Part shown: in pieces, positions 25,209-35,977 of the stretch | Layout: every line of letters begins with the position of its first letter | Position numbering within the stretch: the first letter of the stretch is position 1 | Assembly (NCBI RefSeq): GCF_030144855.1 | Contig: NC_082714.1 | Coordinates: forward strand, 93,868,001 to 93,932,000 | Length of the DNA stretch: 64,000 bases | DNA from: Hypanus sabinus | Taxonomy: Eukaryota | Direction of reading: 5' to 3' | Notes under the pieces: generated by a model | Databases searched by the model: none | Told to the model about the DNA's origin: nothing | Seen by the model: only the letters and a program-made list of their open reading frames with translations | Made by a program: the position numbers and the translations under genes

Positions 25209-25980
25209 CACTGTTGCAATTATTTCTGAACCTCCTTAATTCCCATCTAATGATAGATTCACTGCCGAGTGGAGCACTCTGGCTGTGTTGATTGTTCCAC
25301 TGCAACCCCTTTGACTCCAATGCCTGACGTTAAATGAAATTCTGCCCTGTCTCGCTTTAAAGTCTTTAGGGAGAGAGAGAAAAAAAAACACTTGTTAGTT
25401 CGGAGCTACGCGTTCTCGCAACAACCGCAAAAGCAAAGCAGCGACTTGTTTTCTGCAAGAATTATATATTCTCAGATACGAAACGATACATTGTCGAGGT
25501 AATTCTGTATAGACACTTTGTAGAAATTTCATGTAACCTTGAAAAGTTTTGTTCTCATGAGGCATTCTGAACAGTAAGAAGGAGCCGAGTGACAAGGGGC
25601 CACCACCATCCACACCCACACCCACTGTTGCAGAGGGAAGCAGCCGAAACAAATGGCTAAATTCACTTTCGCCTGAGTATTCTCCAGAGTTCTACAGGCT
25701 TGCTAATGTGATACAACTGAAGATAAATCAATCTTGAAATGAGAGGTGAAGGTTTTAAAAATCAGCAAGATGGCCATTCAAAGGTTCCGAAGGTCAGCAA
25801 GTTAATCTCCGCCCACCTTCTTTCCCTGGAGCCACCCACTGATCTACATTCCAATTAATAAACAGACACGGAGACCACAGTTTGTAGACTCTGGAACCAG
25901 AGCGGTTCCCGAAGCTTGCAGAACAGCGCATGGATCGGTCGGAATTTTTGGACGCTCGTTGCCCGCATCTGTCCGGAGGA

Positions 25981-26029
25981 ATGTCCCCAGCGCTGCATCT
26001 CTTGTGGGTTCTGCTGATCCATTTACCAG
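25981..26029 (+). pseudogene. IGL: IgL leader exon (MSPALHLLWVLLIHLP + G, phase 1)
   Basis: ATG at 25981, hydrophobic core, phase-1 donor CCAG|GTGGAAGT at 26030. The 108-nt intron ends at TTTATTGCAG (26137), the typical split-leader layout of Ig V genes. Confidence 0.9.
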
Positions 26030-26137
26030 GTGGAAGTCGGATTGGTTCACGCTCAGATTCGGTTAAAATTGCGATTACTGTTGTTGAATTTTATTTTACT
26101 CCAAGTCACCCAGTGGTTTTATTGTGCTTTATTGCAG

Positions 26138-26412
26138 ATATCCACGCGGCCCCAGTGCTCAATCAGACCCCAATGTCCGGACCTGTTTCCGCGGGTTAAA
26201 CCGTCCGCTTAGAGTGTCGGATACAGAACGGTAATGTTGGAAGTTACTACATGAGATGGTAGCGACAGCGTCCAGGGGAGAGACCAGAGTGGGTGTTAGA
26301 ACATACCACAGGCAATAGTATATACCGAGGGACTGGGATTCCGCTGTCTATTACTGTGCAGCCTGGGACTCTGGATATATCTTCGGTCCAGGCACCATCC
26401 TGGATATTAAGA
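26138..26412 (+). pseudogene. IGL: Fused V-J exon with two nonsense codons and an FR3 deletion
   Basis: First Cys (LECRI), Trp (MRW), QRPG, YYC and J motif FGPGT are all present in one exon ending at donor AAGA|GTAAGT (26413). No heptamer/nonamer between V and J. The frame shifts at GGGATTCC (26335-26342). Confidence 0.95.
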
Positions 26413-27230
26413 GTAAGTGGCTCCCCCATTCTGTTACAAACAATTCCTACTACAGCCACTCTCATTCCAGTCATGGAAGGCCTGTGGGAGGTTCTATTCG
26501 TTTCTGGTCGGCACAAGATGCCGTTCAGCCCATCGAGTCTGTCTCAACAATCAAATTAATGATTGGTTGACTTGTGAACAATTTTTTTTTATTGGACGCT
26601 TTTGATCTACCTCAGTTGGTGTAGCAGAATTCAATACTCGCTGTCATCCCTTCTTAACACAACAGCCGCTGACCATTTTAGCATTAGTATTGGTTTATTT
26701 TTGCTAAATCACAAGATGCAATGAAAAGTTTGCCTTGCATACTGTCCATAACAACCACACAGGAAATGCAGTGCAGGTAGAAAAGGTTCTTAAGGATGCA
26801 GATTGTGAGGTCAATCGTCCATCTTATCGTACCAGAGAACCATTCAATAGTCTTATTACAGCGGCGCTTCTATTATGTCATATTAAACCAATTCCTGTTG
26901 TCTACATATACTCCATATCCCTCCATTCTCTAACAGTTTCTTAGACATCCCTATCGAATCTGCCTCCTCCACCTCATACCACCTGCACTCTGTATAAAAG
27001 TAAACATTCACCCAACTTCTCCAGTAAACTTTACAACTCTTGGCTAAGATTTCTAGCCTGGGGAAAAATCTTGTCTGTCTATCCTATCGTTCTCTCCCAT
27101 ACTGTCTTGAATAATGTTCACAGATAATTTGGGGAAATGATCGCTACCACAAGCATGACATCAATCCTTCCTTCTTTATTCATCACCTCTGAGAACATGT
27201 CGCGAATATTCCATATTTTTTCTGGGTTGC

Positions 27231-28130
27231 TATGCACCCCGTAACTGGGTTGTCAAAACAGCAGAAATGAAACACTCGTTGGAGTCTGTAATTACCAGAA
27301 ACTAATAAAGTTTACTAGTAAAGTAAGTAATACTATACCCTAATGCAAGGATATAAATGTAACAGGTTAGCAATAATAGTATACAGATATACACAGAAAT
27401 ATGGGAATAGAAATCGGCCCAGGTCTATCTAAGTCTAGGGGTAAATGATCAGTCTTCCAGTGAAGCAGAGTTCAGTTCAGTTTAGTGTAGTTCGAGATAG
27501 TTATTGTGGTACCGTTGGAGAGTGAGAGAGTGAGTGAGAGATGCAGCTGAACTTTCAGGCAAACCTTCCGTTGTCTTCTTGTCCCGTTGTGGTCACCGAC
27601 GGTGACCCCTCCGTTCCAGATGCGGCCCTTAATACGTGGTGAACCCGTCACCCAGCCAAGGGTGGACACATAGCAGGTCCCCACCGGTCGTAACTTTACA
27701 CCTTGTGATCCTCTGGACGATTCCCGCGAATCGGTCCTCCAAACTTCCACCAACTTGTTGGGGCACAATGCTCTCTTCAGAGTCTCGTGGTGTGTCTCCC
27801 TGTGTCTTGGCAAATCCGCTATTTAATACCCCTCCCCCCCCGATAGGGTATCACCTGTCCATTAAACTCCACTATTTCCTTTCATCTCAGCCCGAGTGTT
27901 ACCGAGCAGTTCATCTTCAAAGCAAAATGTCCGTGGCAGTATCACTGCAGACGCCAAAATACTGAATTATGTGCCTCTTTCTCGTTATCTCTCTCTTATT
28001 CGCATTTTGAATAGTTCTCCCTTATCTCTTTCGTGATCTCTTTCTCATTAGCACTTTGGATGGCTCTCTTTTATCTCTCTCTTATTTAGCAGCATCCGTT
28101 CTGCAGCTCTGCTTTGCTTCACACGGAACA
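27231..28130. mobile_element. Solo LTR (900 bp) in the J-C intron
   Basis: Exact 6-bp direct repeat GGTTGC at 27225-27230 and 28131-28136. Ends TAT...ACA (decayed TGT...ACA). No coding capacity. A TATTAAAT and an AGTAAA on the minus strand weakly suggest antisense orientation. Confidence 0.8.
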
Positions 28131-28919
28131 GGTTGCCGAAAATCCTGGACCACGGAGCAGGATGTTCACAGCTTCAAGTTAACGCAATTCAGAGTCTGAT
28201 TAAGAACCGTGTCAATATGATTGTAGCAAACACAGGAGAAGAACATCAGACCTTGAAAATAAAACACACTAGGGGAAGGTGCTGGGCAAAAAGCAGGCTG
28301 GTTACAGAGTCAAGCGACAATAGATCGGGTCACTAGGAGTTCGGAACGCAATTTGAGTATGAGCGAGCGGTTTCGCCTCTTCCCGCTTCTCACCGGTTCA
28401 CAGGCCTGCTCTTTTTTCCGTAATTTCCTCTTCATCCACTGGGTCCCGAGTCTTGGATATTCACTGTGCCTTCCCGAGCTCGGGACATCCCAAAGAGTCT
28501 TCTTTCCATCATTAACTGAAAGTGTACTATTCTCAGTTATTGCCCGAAGAGTTCAAGATTTGGGGATTTATTGGAGAACAACAAAGAACTGGTCTCAATA
28601 AAGAGACCAATCATATGGGCACGGTGTGGGGATTTAGCGAAAAGGTTGAGTCGTGTTCAAGTTATCTTTTAACACAATGCAGTGCCGAGAGGAGAGTGGA
28701 TTCAAAAAAAAAAAATGAAATAAATAATGTAATGTCGTAGCCGCGCAAGGCTGCGAATAGTCCGGGCAACTCTTCACTCAAAGGTTTTTACCCGAGAAGT
28801 CAAATGTACCGTATGCAGTGTCCCAATGCATGTGTTAATTTCGGCGCTGCTGTTTTTATTTCTGAACAGTTCATGAACTGATATTGTGTTGATTCTTCTC
28901 CGTCTGTTCTCTCCCAAAG

Positions 28920-29258
28920 GTAGCGATTCCCGGGAGCCGCATTAGGGTTAGGGTTCTCCTGCTCCCTCCTTCTCCGGAGGAGACCCACTCGGGTTCGACC
29001 ACTCTCTCCTGTCTGGTGAGCGGTTTTAAGCTGGGCTTGGTAGCGCTAAGCTGGGTCGTCGATGGAGTCGTGACGGAAAGCGGGGTGACGACAGGCGCTG
29101 TGTCCCTGGACACCGACCAGACCTACAGGCTGAGCAGTTACCTGCGGGTACTCACCGCTGCCTGGAACAAGGGCTCAAACTATTCCTGCAGCGTGAGCCA
29201 CAGCTCGCTGAGCTCGCCGCTGCGCAGCACCATCTCTTCGTCCGCCTGTGGGCAGTGA
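28920..29258 (+). pseudogene. IGL: IgL constant exon disrupted by a telomeric-repeat insertion
   Basis: Acceptor TTCTCTCCCAAAG|GT at 28919/28920. Reads SSDSREP-[insert]-VLLLPPSPEETHSGSTTLSCLVSGFKLGLVALSWVVDG...TYRLSSYLRV...WNKGSNYSCSVSHSSLSSPLRSTISSSACGQ*, with both domain Cys, the Trp and the C-terminal interchain Cys retained. Confidence 0.95.
28942..28955 (+). repeat. Short interstitial telomeric sequence TTAGGGTTAGGGTT inside the C exon
   Basis: Perfect 14-nt vertebrate telomere repeat located exactly where the C reading frame shifts by +1 (net +10 nt if one codon originally separated Pro and Val). It creates an in-frame TAG at 28943-28945. Confidence 0.85.
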
Positions 29259-29524
29259 GAGTGTTCCGGCTGGCAGCACACGCGGATTGTTTGCTCTTGT
29301 TTAATGCAGTGAAGCAATGATTGGGTCTATGCAGCAGCACCTTGCAATGTAATAGTGTCGTAATGTTCGCTTGTATTTCAGAGCAGTTGGCAATAATAAT
29401 CCATCCTTTGCGAGGGTTAATTCTGTGTAGAATTGTCCCCACTGTGCTGTGTCTGCCTACCGCTGCGTGTAGAATCAGGAGCGATCTCCTGTACTGTGAT
29501 TAGAAATTGTGTAACACAACTCTA

Positions 29525-29530
29525 AATAAA
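29525..29530 (+). terminator. Polyadenylation signal of the IgL gene
   Basis: AATAAA 266 nt downstream of the C-exon stop codon. Confidence 0.65.
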
Positions 29531-30269
29531 AGAGGAATGAGCGGTAGATCTATCGTGCCTTTTCGTTCCTCGGCTGCTGGCAGTACGTTATGGGGAATCG
29601 TCGTGGATAACGTGCGGTCTGGGAGCCTCAATCAGAATTACTGTTAAATCGACTCCGAAATCTTATTCCGCATTATGCTATCCTTGTCCTGAGCCTGCAT
29701 TGTCCGTCGGCACTCACCACCCACCACCTCCTTCCCCCGTCCCCGCCATCACCGGAACCTTCTATTCCTCGTGCTCCTGCACTTCTGCTTTTCATTTACA
29801 ACTATCCCTGTGGGAGGGAGATCAACATTCTCACCGCCGGTTGGCCAAGTCTTACCACCATTGGAAGTGTGACGCTCTAAGGATGTTTCCCCGTAACTTG
29901 ACCACTCTCTCCATCGATTCTGTTAGTTCCTGAATGACGGCCATCGGCCTCACTTCCCGTCCTGACACCACCGTCACCACCCACTTCACCCACACCCACA
30001 CCCGCACATTAGCTTCTGTAACTCATGGTTATCTTCAAAGTTAAACGTAAATTTGTTATGAAAGTATGTCCACATCTTCATATGCGACTATGGGTTTCAT
30101 TTTCTTATAGGTTTTCACAGTAGAATAAAGAAGTGCAATAGATGCAGTGAAAACTATACACAAAGACTGAGAAGCACAAAGAGGAATAGACGCGAACAAA
30201 TAAATGGGTAGATAGAAAAATACACAGAGAAATAAATAAAACATGAATGAATGATAAGTCAATTAAATT

Positions 30270-30345
30270 CAATCATAAATAAATAAATAAATAAATAAAT
30301 AGATAGATAGATAGATAGATAGATAAATAAATAAATAAACAAACA
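30270..30345. repeat. Compound (AAAT)n(AGAT)n microsatellite
   Basis: Directly visible tetranucleotide arrays. Confidence 0.95.
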
Positions 30346-30504
30346 AATGGACAAAGGGATAATGGGTTAATACATAAATAATACTGAGGACATGTTTCAA
30401 AATGACTCTATAGATCGTGGAATCAGTTCAGCGATGTTGTGATTAAAGTCATCCACTTTGGTTCATGAGCCTGATGTTTTAACTCTTCCTAAAGCCTGTA
30501 ATGT

Positions 30505-31500
30505 GGGACCTAAGATTTATGATCTGGATGACGGGGTGGCAAATTGGATTAGTAAGTATGCAGATGATACTAAGGTAGGTGGCGTTGTGGATATTGTACT
30601 CGGTTTACAAATTTTGCAGGAAGTTTCAGGTCAGTTAGAAGAGTAGGCTGAGCGATGGCAGATGGAGTTTAATGCTGATAAGTGTGAGGTGCTACATTTT
30701 GGTAGGAATAATCCAAGTAGGACATAAATGGTAAATGATAGGGCATTGAAGAATTCAGTAGAACAGTTTGATCTAGGAATAATGGTGCATAGTTCCCAGA
30801 AGGTGGAATCTTATGCGGATAGGATGGTGAAGAAAGCTTTTGGTATGTTGGCTTTTATAAATCAGAGCATTGAGTATAGCAGTTGGGATGTAATGTTAAA
30901 ATTGTACGAGGCATTGGTAATGCCGAATTTGGAGTATTGTGCACAGTGCTGGTCACCGAATTATAGGAAAGATATCAACAAAATGTAGAAAGTGCAGAGA
31001 TTTACTAGAATGTTACCTGGGTTTCAGCACCTAAGTTACAGGAAAAGATTGAACAAGTTAGGTCTTTATTCTTTGGAGCCCTTCTTTGGAGGTTGAGAGG
31101 GGACGATAGAGGTATTTAAAATTATGACGAGGATAGATATAGTTGACGTGGAACAGCTTTTTTCCATTCAGAGTAGGGGAGATTCAAACAAAAGAACTTG
31201 AGTTGAGACTTAGAGCGCAAAGGTTTAAGGGTAACATGAGGGGGAATTTCTTTACTCAGAGAGTGGTAGCTGTGTGGAATGAGCTTCCAGTAGAAGTGGT
31301 AGAAGCAGGTTCGGTATTATCATTTAAAGCAAAATTGGATAGGTATATGGACAGGAAAGGAATGGGTTATGGGCTGAGTGCGGGTCAGTGGGATTAAGTG
31401 ATTAGGGATTAGTGGGATTAGTAAACGTTCGGCACGGACTAGAAGTGCCGAGATGGCCTGTTTCCGTGCTGTAATAGTAATATGGTTATATGGTTAAGAC
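30505..31500 (+). mobile_element. 5'-truncated CR1 (RT C-terminus and 3' end)
   Basis: [21 protein letters not shown]-like, NFFTQRVVAVWNELP, and tail (ATATGGTT)n at about 31478-31497. Confidence 0.92.
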
Positions 31501-32262
31501 TGTAATTGTCAGATGGGGGGGAGTTGCTGAAGCGTGAAGCAAGTGTAAGATGACTACAGAGACCCGTTTATTATGTTAAAGGAATATCTTGTCTGATTAA
31601 TAGCGTAGTCTTAATGGAGGGTGTGACTGATGAGACGACTGCAGAAGCTCCACACACACTCAGCGACTTAAGTAACATTTCACACAAATTATTTAAGGTT
31701 GCCTATCCTGCAGAATATTTTCAGGAATTTGGTGTAAATATCTTACTTCGTCATTAATGATGTTTTTATGTTGGTTGGATGTTGTCAACCTATTGCTGGT
31801 CTGTGATAATCAATCTATTTTTGGACTGTACAGAGCAACGTGCGCGACTTCAGAGAAAACAAATCCTGAACATAAGATAGAACTCAAATGAACAATCTGG
31901 CAAATAATGCCTACTCTTGGTTTACTGGAACTATTAACATGTGAAACATCTTTAAAACCTCTTTGAAAATGTTGGGACAGTCAAGTGCATTACACTAAAA
32001 CATGAAAATCAATGAACATAACATTGAATATATTAAATATTATAAGATATTAGCTTTATTTGTCATACATAGAAACAAACATACAGTGCCGTTTGTATCA
32101 AATCAAATCAATAAAGATTGTGCTGGTGACAGACCGGAATTGCCAGCACGCTTTCGGTGAGAACATATATTAATTTGGTATTTACGCATTTACCTATCTA
32201 TCTGTCTTTATATCTATATGTCTAACTGTCTGTCTGCGTATGTGTGTATGTATGAATGTATA

Positions 32263-32898
32263 NNNNNNNNNNNNNNNNNNNNNNNNNNNNNNNNNNNNNN
32301 NNNNNNNNNNNNNNNNNNNNNNNNNNNNNNNNNNNNNNNNNNNNNNNNNNNNNNNNNNNNNNNNNNNNNNNNNNNNNNNNNNNNNNNNNNNNNNNNNNNN
32401 NNNNNNNNNNNNNNNNNNNNNNNNNNNNNNNNNNNNNNNNNNNNNNNNNNNNNNNNNNNNNNNNNNNNNNNNNNNNNNNNNNNNNNNNNNNNNNNNNNNN
32501 NNNNNNNNNNNNNNNNNNNNNNNNNNNNNNNNNNNNNNNNNNNNNNNNNNNNNNNNNNNNNNNNNNNNNNNNNNNNNNNNNNNNNNNNNNNNNNNNNNNN
32601 NNNNNNNNNNNNNNNNNNNNNNNNNNNNNNNNNNNNNNNNNNNNNNNNNNNNNNNNNNNNNNNNNNNNNNNNNNNNNNNNNNNNNNNNNNNNNNNNNNNN
32701 NNNNNNNNNNNNNNNNNNNNNNNNNNNNNNNNNNNNNNNNNNNNNNNNNNNNNNNNNNNNNNNNNNNNNNNNNNNNNNNNNNNNNNNNNNNNNNNNNNNN
32801 NNNNNNNNNNNNNNNNNNNNNNNNNNNNNNNNNNNNNNNNNNNNNNNNNNNNNNNNNNNNNNNNNNNNNNNNNNNNNNNNNNNNNNNNNNNNNNNNNN
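32263..32898. other. Assembly gap flanked by TG/TA-type simple repeats
   Basis: Run of N. Confidence 1.
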
Positions 32899-33053
32899 AA
32901 CAGACTGCTCTGGCCGAACGAGCCGCACCAACCAGCAGCTCAGTGTTTCGACCGAAGCGCAATCACAGGAGAATTTACAATAACCAACTAACCTACTAAC
33001 CGGTACTTCTTTGACTGCAGAAGGAAACCAGAGAACCTGAAGGATCCTGCACC

Positions 33054-33331
33054 TGTCAGTATCTCCAGTTGAACTTTGCCTTTTTATGTGTTTTCCCCCC
33101 GAGCCTTCAGTCAGTGGTTTTGTATTGCCATTTTTGTTATCATTCCCATTATTCCCTGTACCAGCTCCTGCTCTACTTCGGCCATTGTATTACTGTGTAC
33201 TCCGCCTCTCACCTGTTTCTCATTATTGCCTGTTTTACTGCCACTTCTGTCTTATTGTGCCCCGCCTATCATCTGCCTCTCTGTTCATTGCTCAGTGTAT
33301 TTTAGTCCTGTGTTTTCACTTGTTTGTTGAC
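33054..33331. mobile_element. Possible LTR fragment
   Basis: Starts TGTCA and ends TGACA, pyrimidine-rich interior. No TSD found. Confidence 0.3.
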
Positions 33332-33384
33332 ATATGGTGTCAATGAATTTCCCTAAGCCCCTCCAGCATTCGTATCTGTACTCT

Positions 33385-35040
33385 ACACGTAGAACCACAG
33401 AAACATTGAACATTACAGCACAGAAACATGCCTTTGGAAATTTCTTGGCTGTGCCGAACCATTTTTCTGCCTAGTCCCACTGACCTGCATCTGGCCCAGA
33501 TCACTCCATACTCCTCTTATCCATGTACCTGTCCATGTTTTTTTCTTAAATGTTAAAAGTGAGCCCGCATTTGCCACTTCATCTGGCTGCTCATTCCACA
33601 CTCCCAACACTCTGTGTGAAGAAGTCCGCCCCCACCCCTAATGTTCCCTTTAAACTTTTCTCCCCTTCACCCTTAACTCATGTCCTCTGTATTTTATCCA
33701 CCCCTAACCCCAGTGGAAAAAAGCCTGCTTGCAATCGCTCATCCCATCATAATTTTATATACCTCTATCAAGTCTCCCCTCATTCTTCGACGCTCCAGGG
33801 ATAAAGTCCTAACCTATTCACCCTTTCCCGGTAAATCAGTTTCTCAAGTCCGGGCAACATCCTTTTTTCTGCCTAGTCCCACTGACCTGCAGCTAGGCCA
33901 TATAACTAGTCACTGTCTGGTCCTGGGGATGTATTTACTCTGATTTTCCTCAAGATAGCAAGCAGCTTCTCCTCTTCAATCTGGATAGGTTCCATCACCT
34001 CGCTACTTGTTTGCCTTATTTACATTTATTCCATGCCAGTTTCCTTAGTAAGTACAGACGCAAAAATCCCATTTAAGATCTCCCCCAGTTCTTTTGGTTC
34101 CATGCATAGCCGACTACTCTGATCTTCAAGAAGACCAATTTTATCCCCTACTATTCTTTTGCTCTTAATATAGCTGCAGAAGCTCTTTGACGTTGGCTGC
34201 AACGTTGAACATACAAACTCTGCACTCTCAAAATTACTCATTTGAAGGCCTTCCACTTACCAACGACATCATTGCCAGAGAACAACCTGTCCCAATCCAC
34301 GCTTTTTAGATCCTTTCTCATTTCTTCAAATTTGGCCTTTTTTCTAGTTTAGAACCTCAACCCGAGGAACAGATATATCTTTATCCATAATCAAGTTGAA
34401 ACTAACGGTGTTGTGATCACTGGAAACAAAGTGTTCCCCTACCCACGCTTCCGTCACCTGTCCTAACTCGTTTCCTAATAAGAGATCTAGTATTGTATCC
34501 TCTCTCGTCGGTACCGCTATATATTGATTTAGAACACTTTCCTGGACACATTTTACAAATGTGTCTAGGCCTTTAACAGTATGGGATTCCCAATCAATAC
34601 GTGGAAAATTAAAATCCTCTACCATCACAACTTTATGTTTTCGGCAGTTTTCTGCTATCTCTCTGCAGATTTGCTCCTCCAGTTCTCGCTGACTATTGGG
34701 TGGTCTAAAATACAACCCCATTAATGTGGTCATACCTTTCCTGTTTCTCAGCTCCACTCATATGGCCTTTCTAGACAATCCCTCTAATCTGTCCAGCCTG
34801 AGCACTGCGTTTTCCCCGACTCGCAATGCTAACCCCCCCCCCCCCCCCGCCACCTGTTCATCCCTCTGCCTCTATCACGTCTAAAACAACGGAACCCTGG
34901 AACATTAAGCTGCCAGCCCTGCTCCTCCTGTAGCCAATTTTCAGTAATGGCTACAATGTCATAATTCCACGTGTCAATCCATGCCTTCAGCTCGTCAGCC
35001 TTCCTCACAATACACCTCCCATTGAAATGGACACACCTGC
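33385..35040 (-). mobile_element. CR1 fragments (3' end plus EN region)
   Basis: Minus ORF MELRNRKGMTTLMGLYFRPPNS...VEDFNFPRIDW...ILDLLLGN. The 3' piece gives VWNEQP. Confidence 0.85.
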
Positions 35041-35945
35041 TTTTCCGGTGACGTCATCGTCGACTATTGCATCTTAAGTCACTAGCTCCTCCGGAAAAAC
35101 GTGTATTAAGCACGTTTATTAGAAAAATCTAATATTTTTCGAAAAATATTTGAACTGAAAACTGGGGCAAAAATGGGGAAAATGAATAGAAATGAAAAAA
35201 GCGACACTGCGGAGCCTGAGTCCGAGAGGAGTGCAGCGGGCGGCTCTCCTACCCGACCGCATGCTAGCGAGGCGGATGCTGGTCCTCGTTCAGGCGAAGC
35301 GGCGAATATGTTCAAAATCCTGAAAGAAATAAAGCAGCAGCCCGCTGACTTGATATCAAGTCTGAGCTTGCCAGCGTTAATCAAAAAATAGCGGTGGCAG
35401 AGACTCTAATTCAGAAGCTGGAAGAGCGCGTTCAAAACATGGAACGGATACTGAGTAAGACAATAAAAAATTGCATGACCAAGAAGGTAAACTGCTTGAC
35501 CTGGAGGGAAGATCACGGCGGAAAAAATATCAGAATCTACAATGTTCCCAAAGGAGCGGAGAGCTCGTCTATGACGTAGTTTGTCGGAAAGTTACTGCGG
35601 GACGCGATGAATCTTCCCCCAGTTATGGAGCTGGAAGTCGAAAGAGCCCCCCGCGGGTTTGCTCTGAAACGTACCCAGGATAGAAAGCCACGCTCAATGA
35701 TAATTAAATCCCTTCGGTACAGCACCAAGGCGGAGATTGTTTTTCCACGATAAATTAATATATTTCGACCAAGATTACACCCCCCCCCCCTCCACCGCGG
35801 TGCTCCAGAAGAGCAAAGAATACTCTAAAGTAAAGCGAGTACGAAAACAAAAAATAAGATTAGATTTCAAACTCCATACCCTGCTGAACTTCGAGTGTTT
35901 TATGACAGCGGGACTCGATTTTACCAGACATTGGAAAAGGCGACT

Positions 35946-35977
<32 letters not shown>

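Larger units (their letters stand above)
25981..29258 (+). pseudogene. IGL: Germline-joined (VJ-C) immunoglobulin light-chain gene, sigma-cart/NS5/type I-like, inactivated
   Basis: Three exons with GT-AG introns translate to leader MSPALHLLWVLLIHLPDIHA, V APVLNQTPMSGPVSAG*TVRLECRIQNGNVGSYYMRW*RQRPGERPEWVL..., DSAVYYC-AAWDSGYI-FGPGTILDIK, and a C1 domain ending SSSACGQ*. Isotype is from recalled similarity to nurse shark NS5, not a database search. Stops at 26197-26199 and 26260-26262, frameshifts in V and C. Confidence 0.95.

Noticed and set aside
26352-26358. Cryptic RSS heptamer TACTGTG at the V 3' end as the cause of the FR3 deletion
   Set aside because: RAG would cut 3' of this heptamer, but the deletion junction lies 10-17 nt 5' of it. 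The motif is simply the conserved YYC codons.
31390-31425. GGGATTAG repeats as a second telomeric insertion
   Set aside because: Imperfect, not TTAGGG dimers; a local expansion inside the CR1 3' end.
32194-32999. Long ORFs of 245-257 aa (and other X-rich ORFs at 18163, 21634, 23316, 54277)
   Set aside because: Artefacts of translating N gaps.
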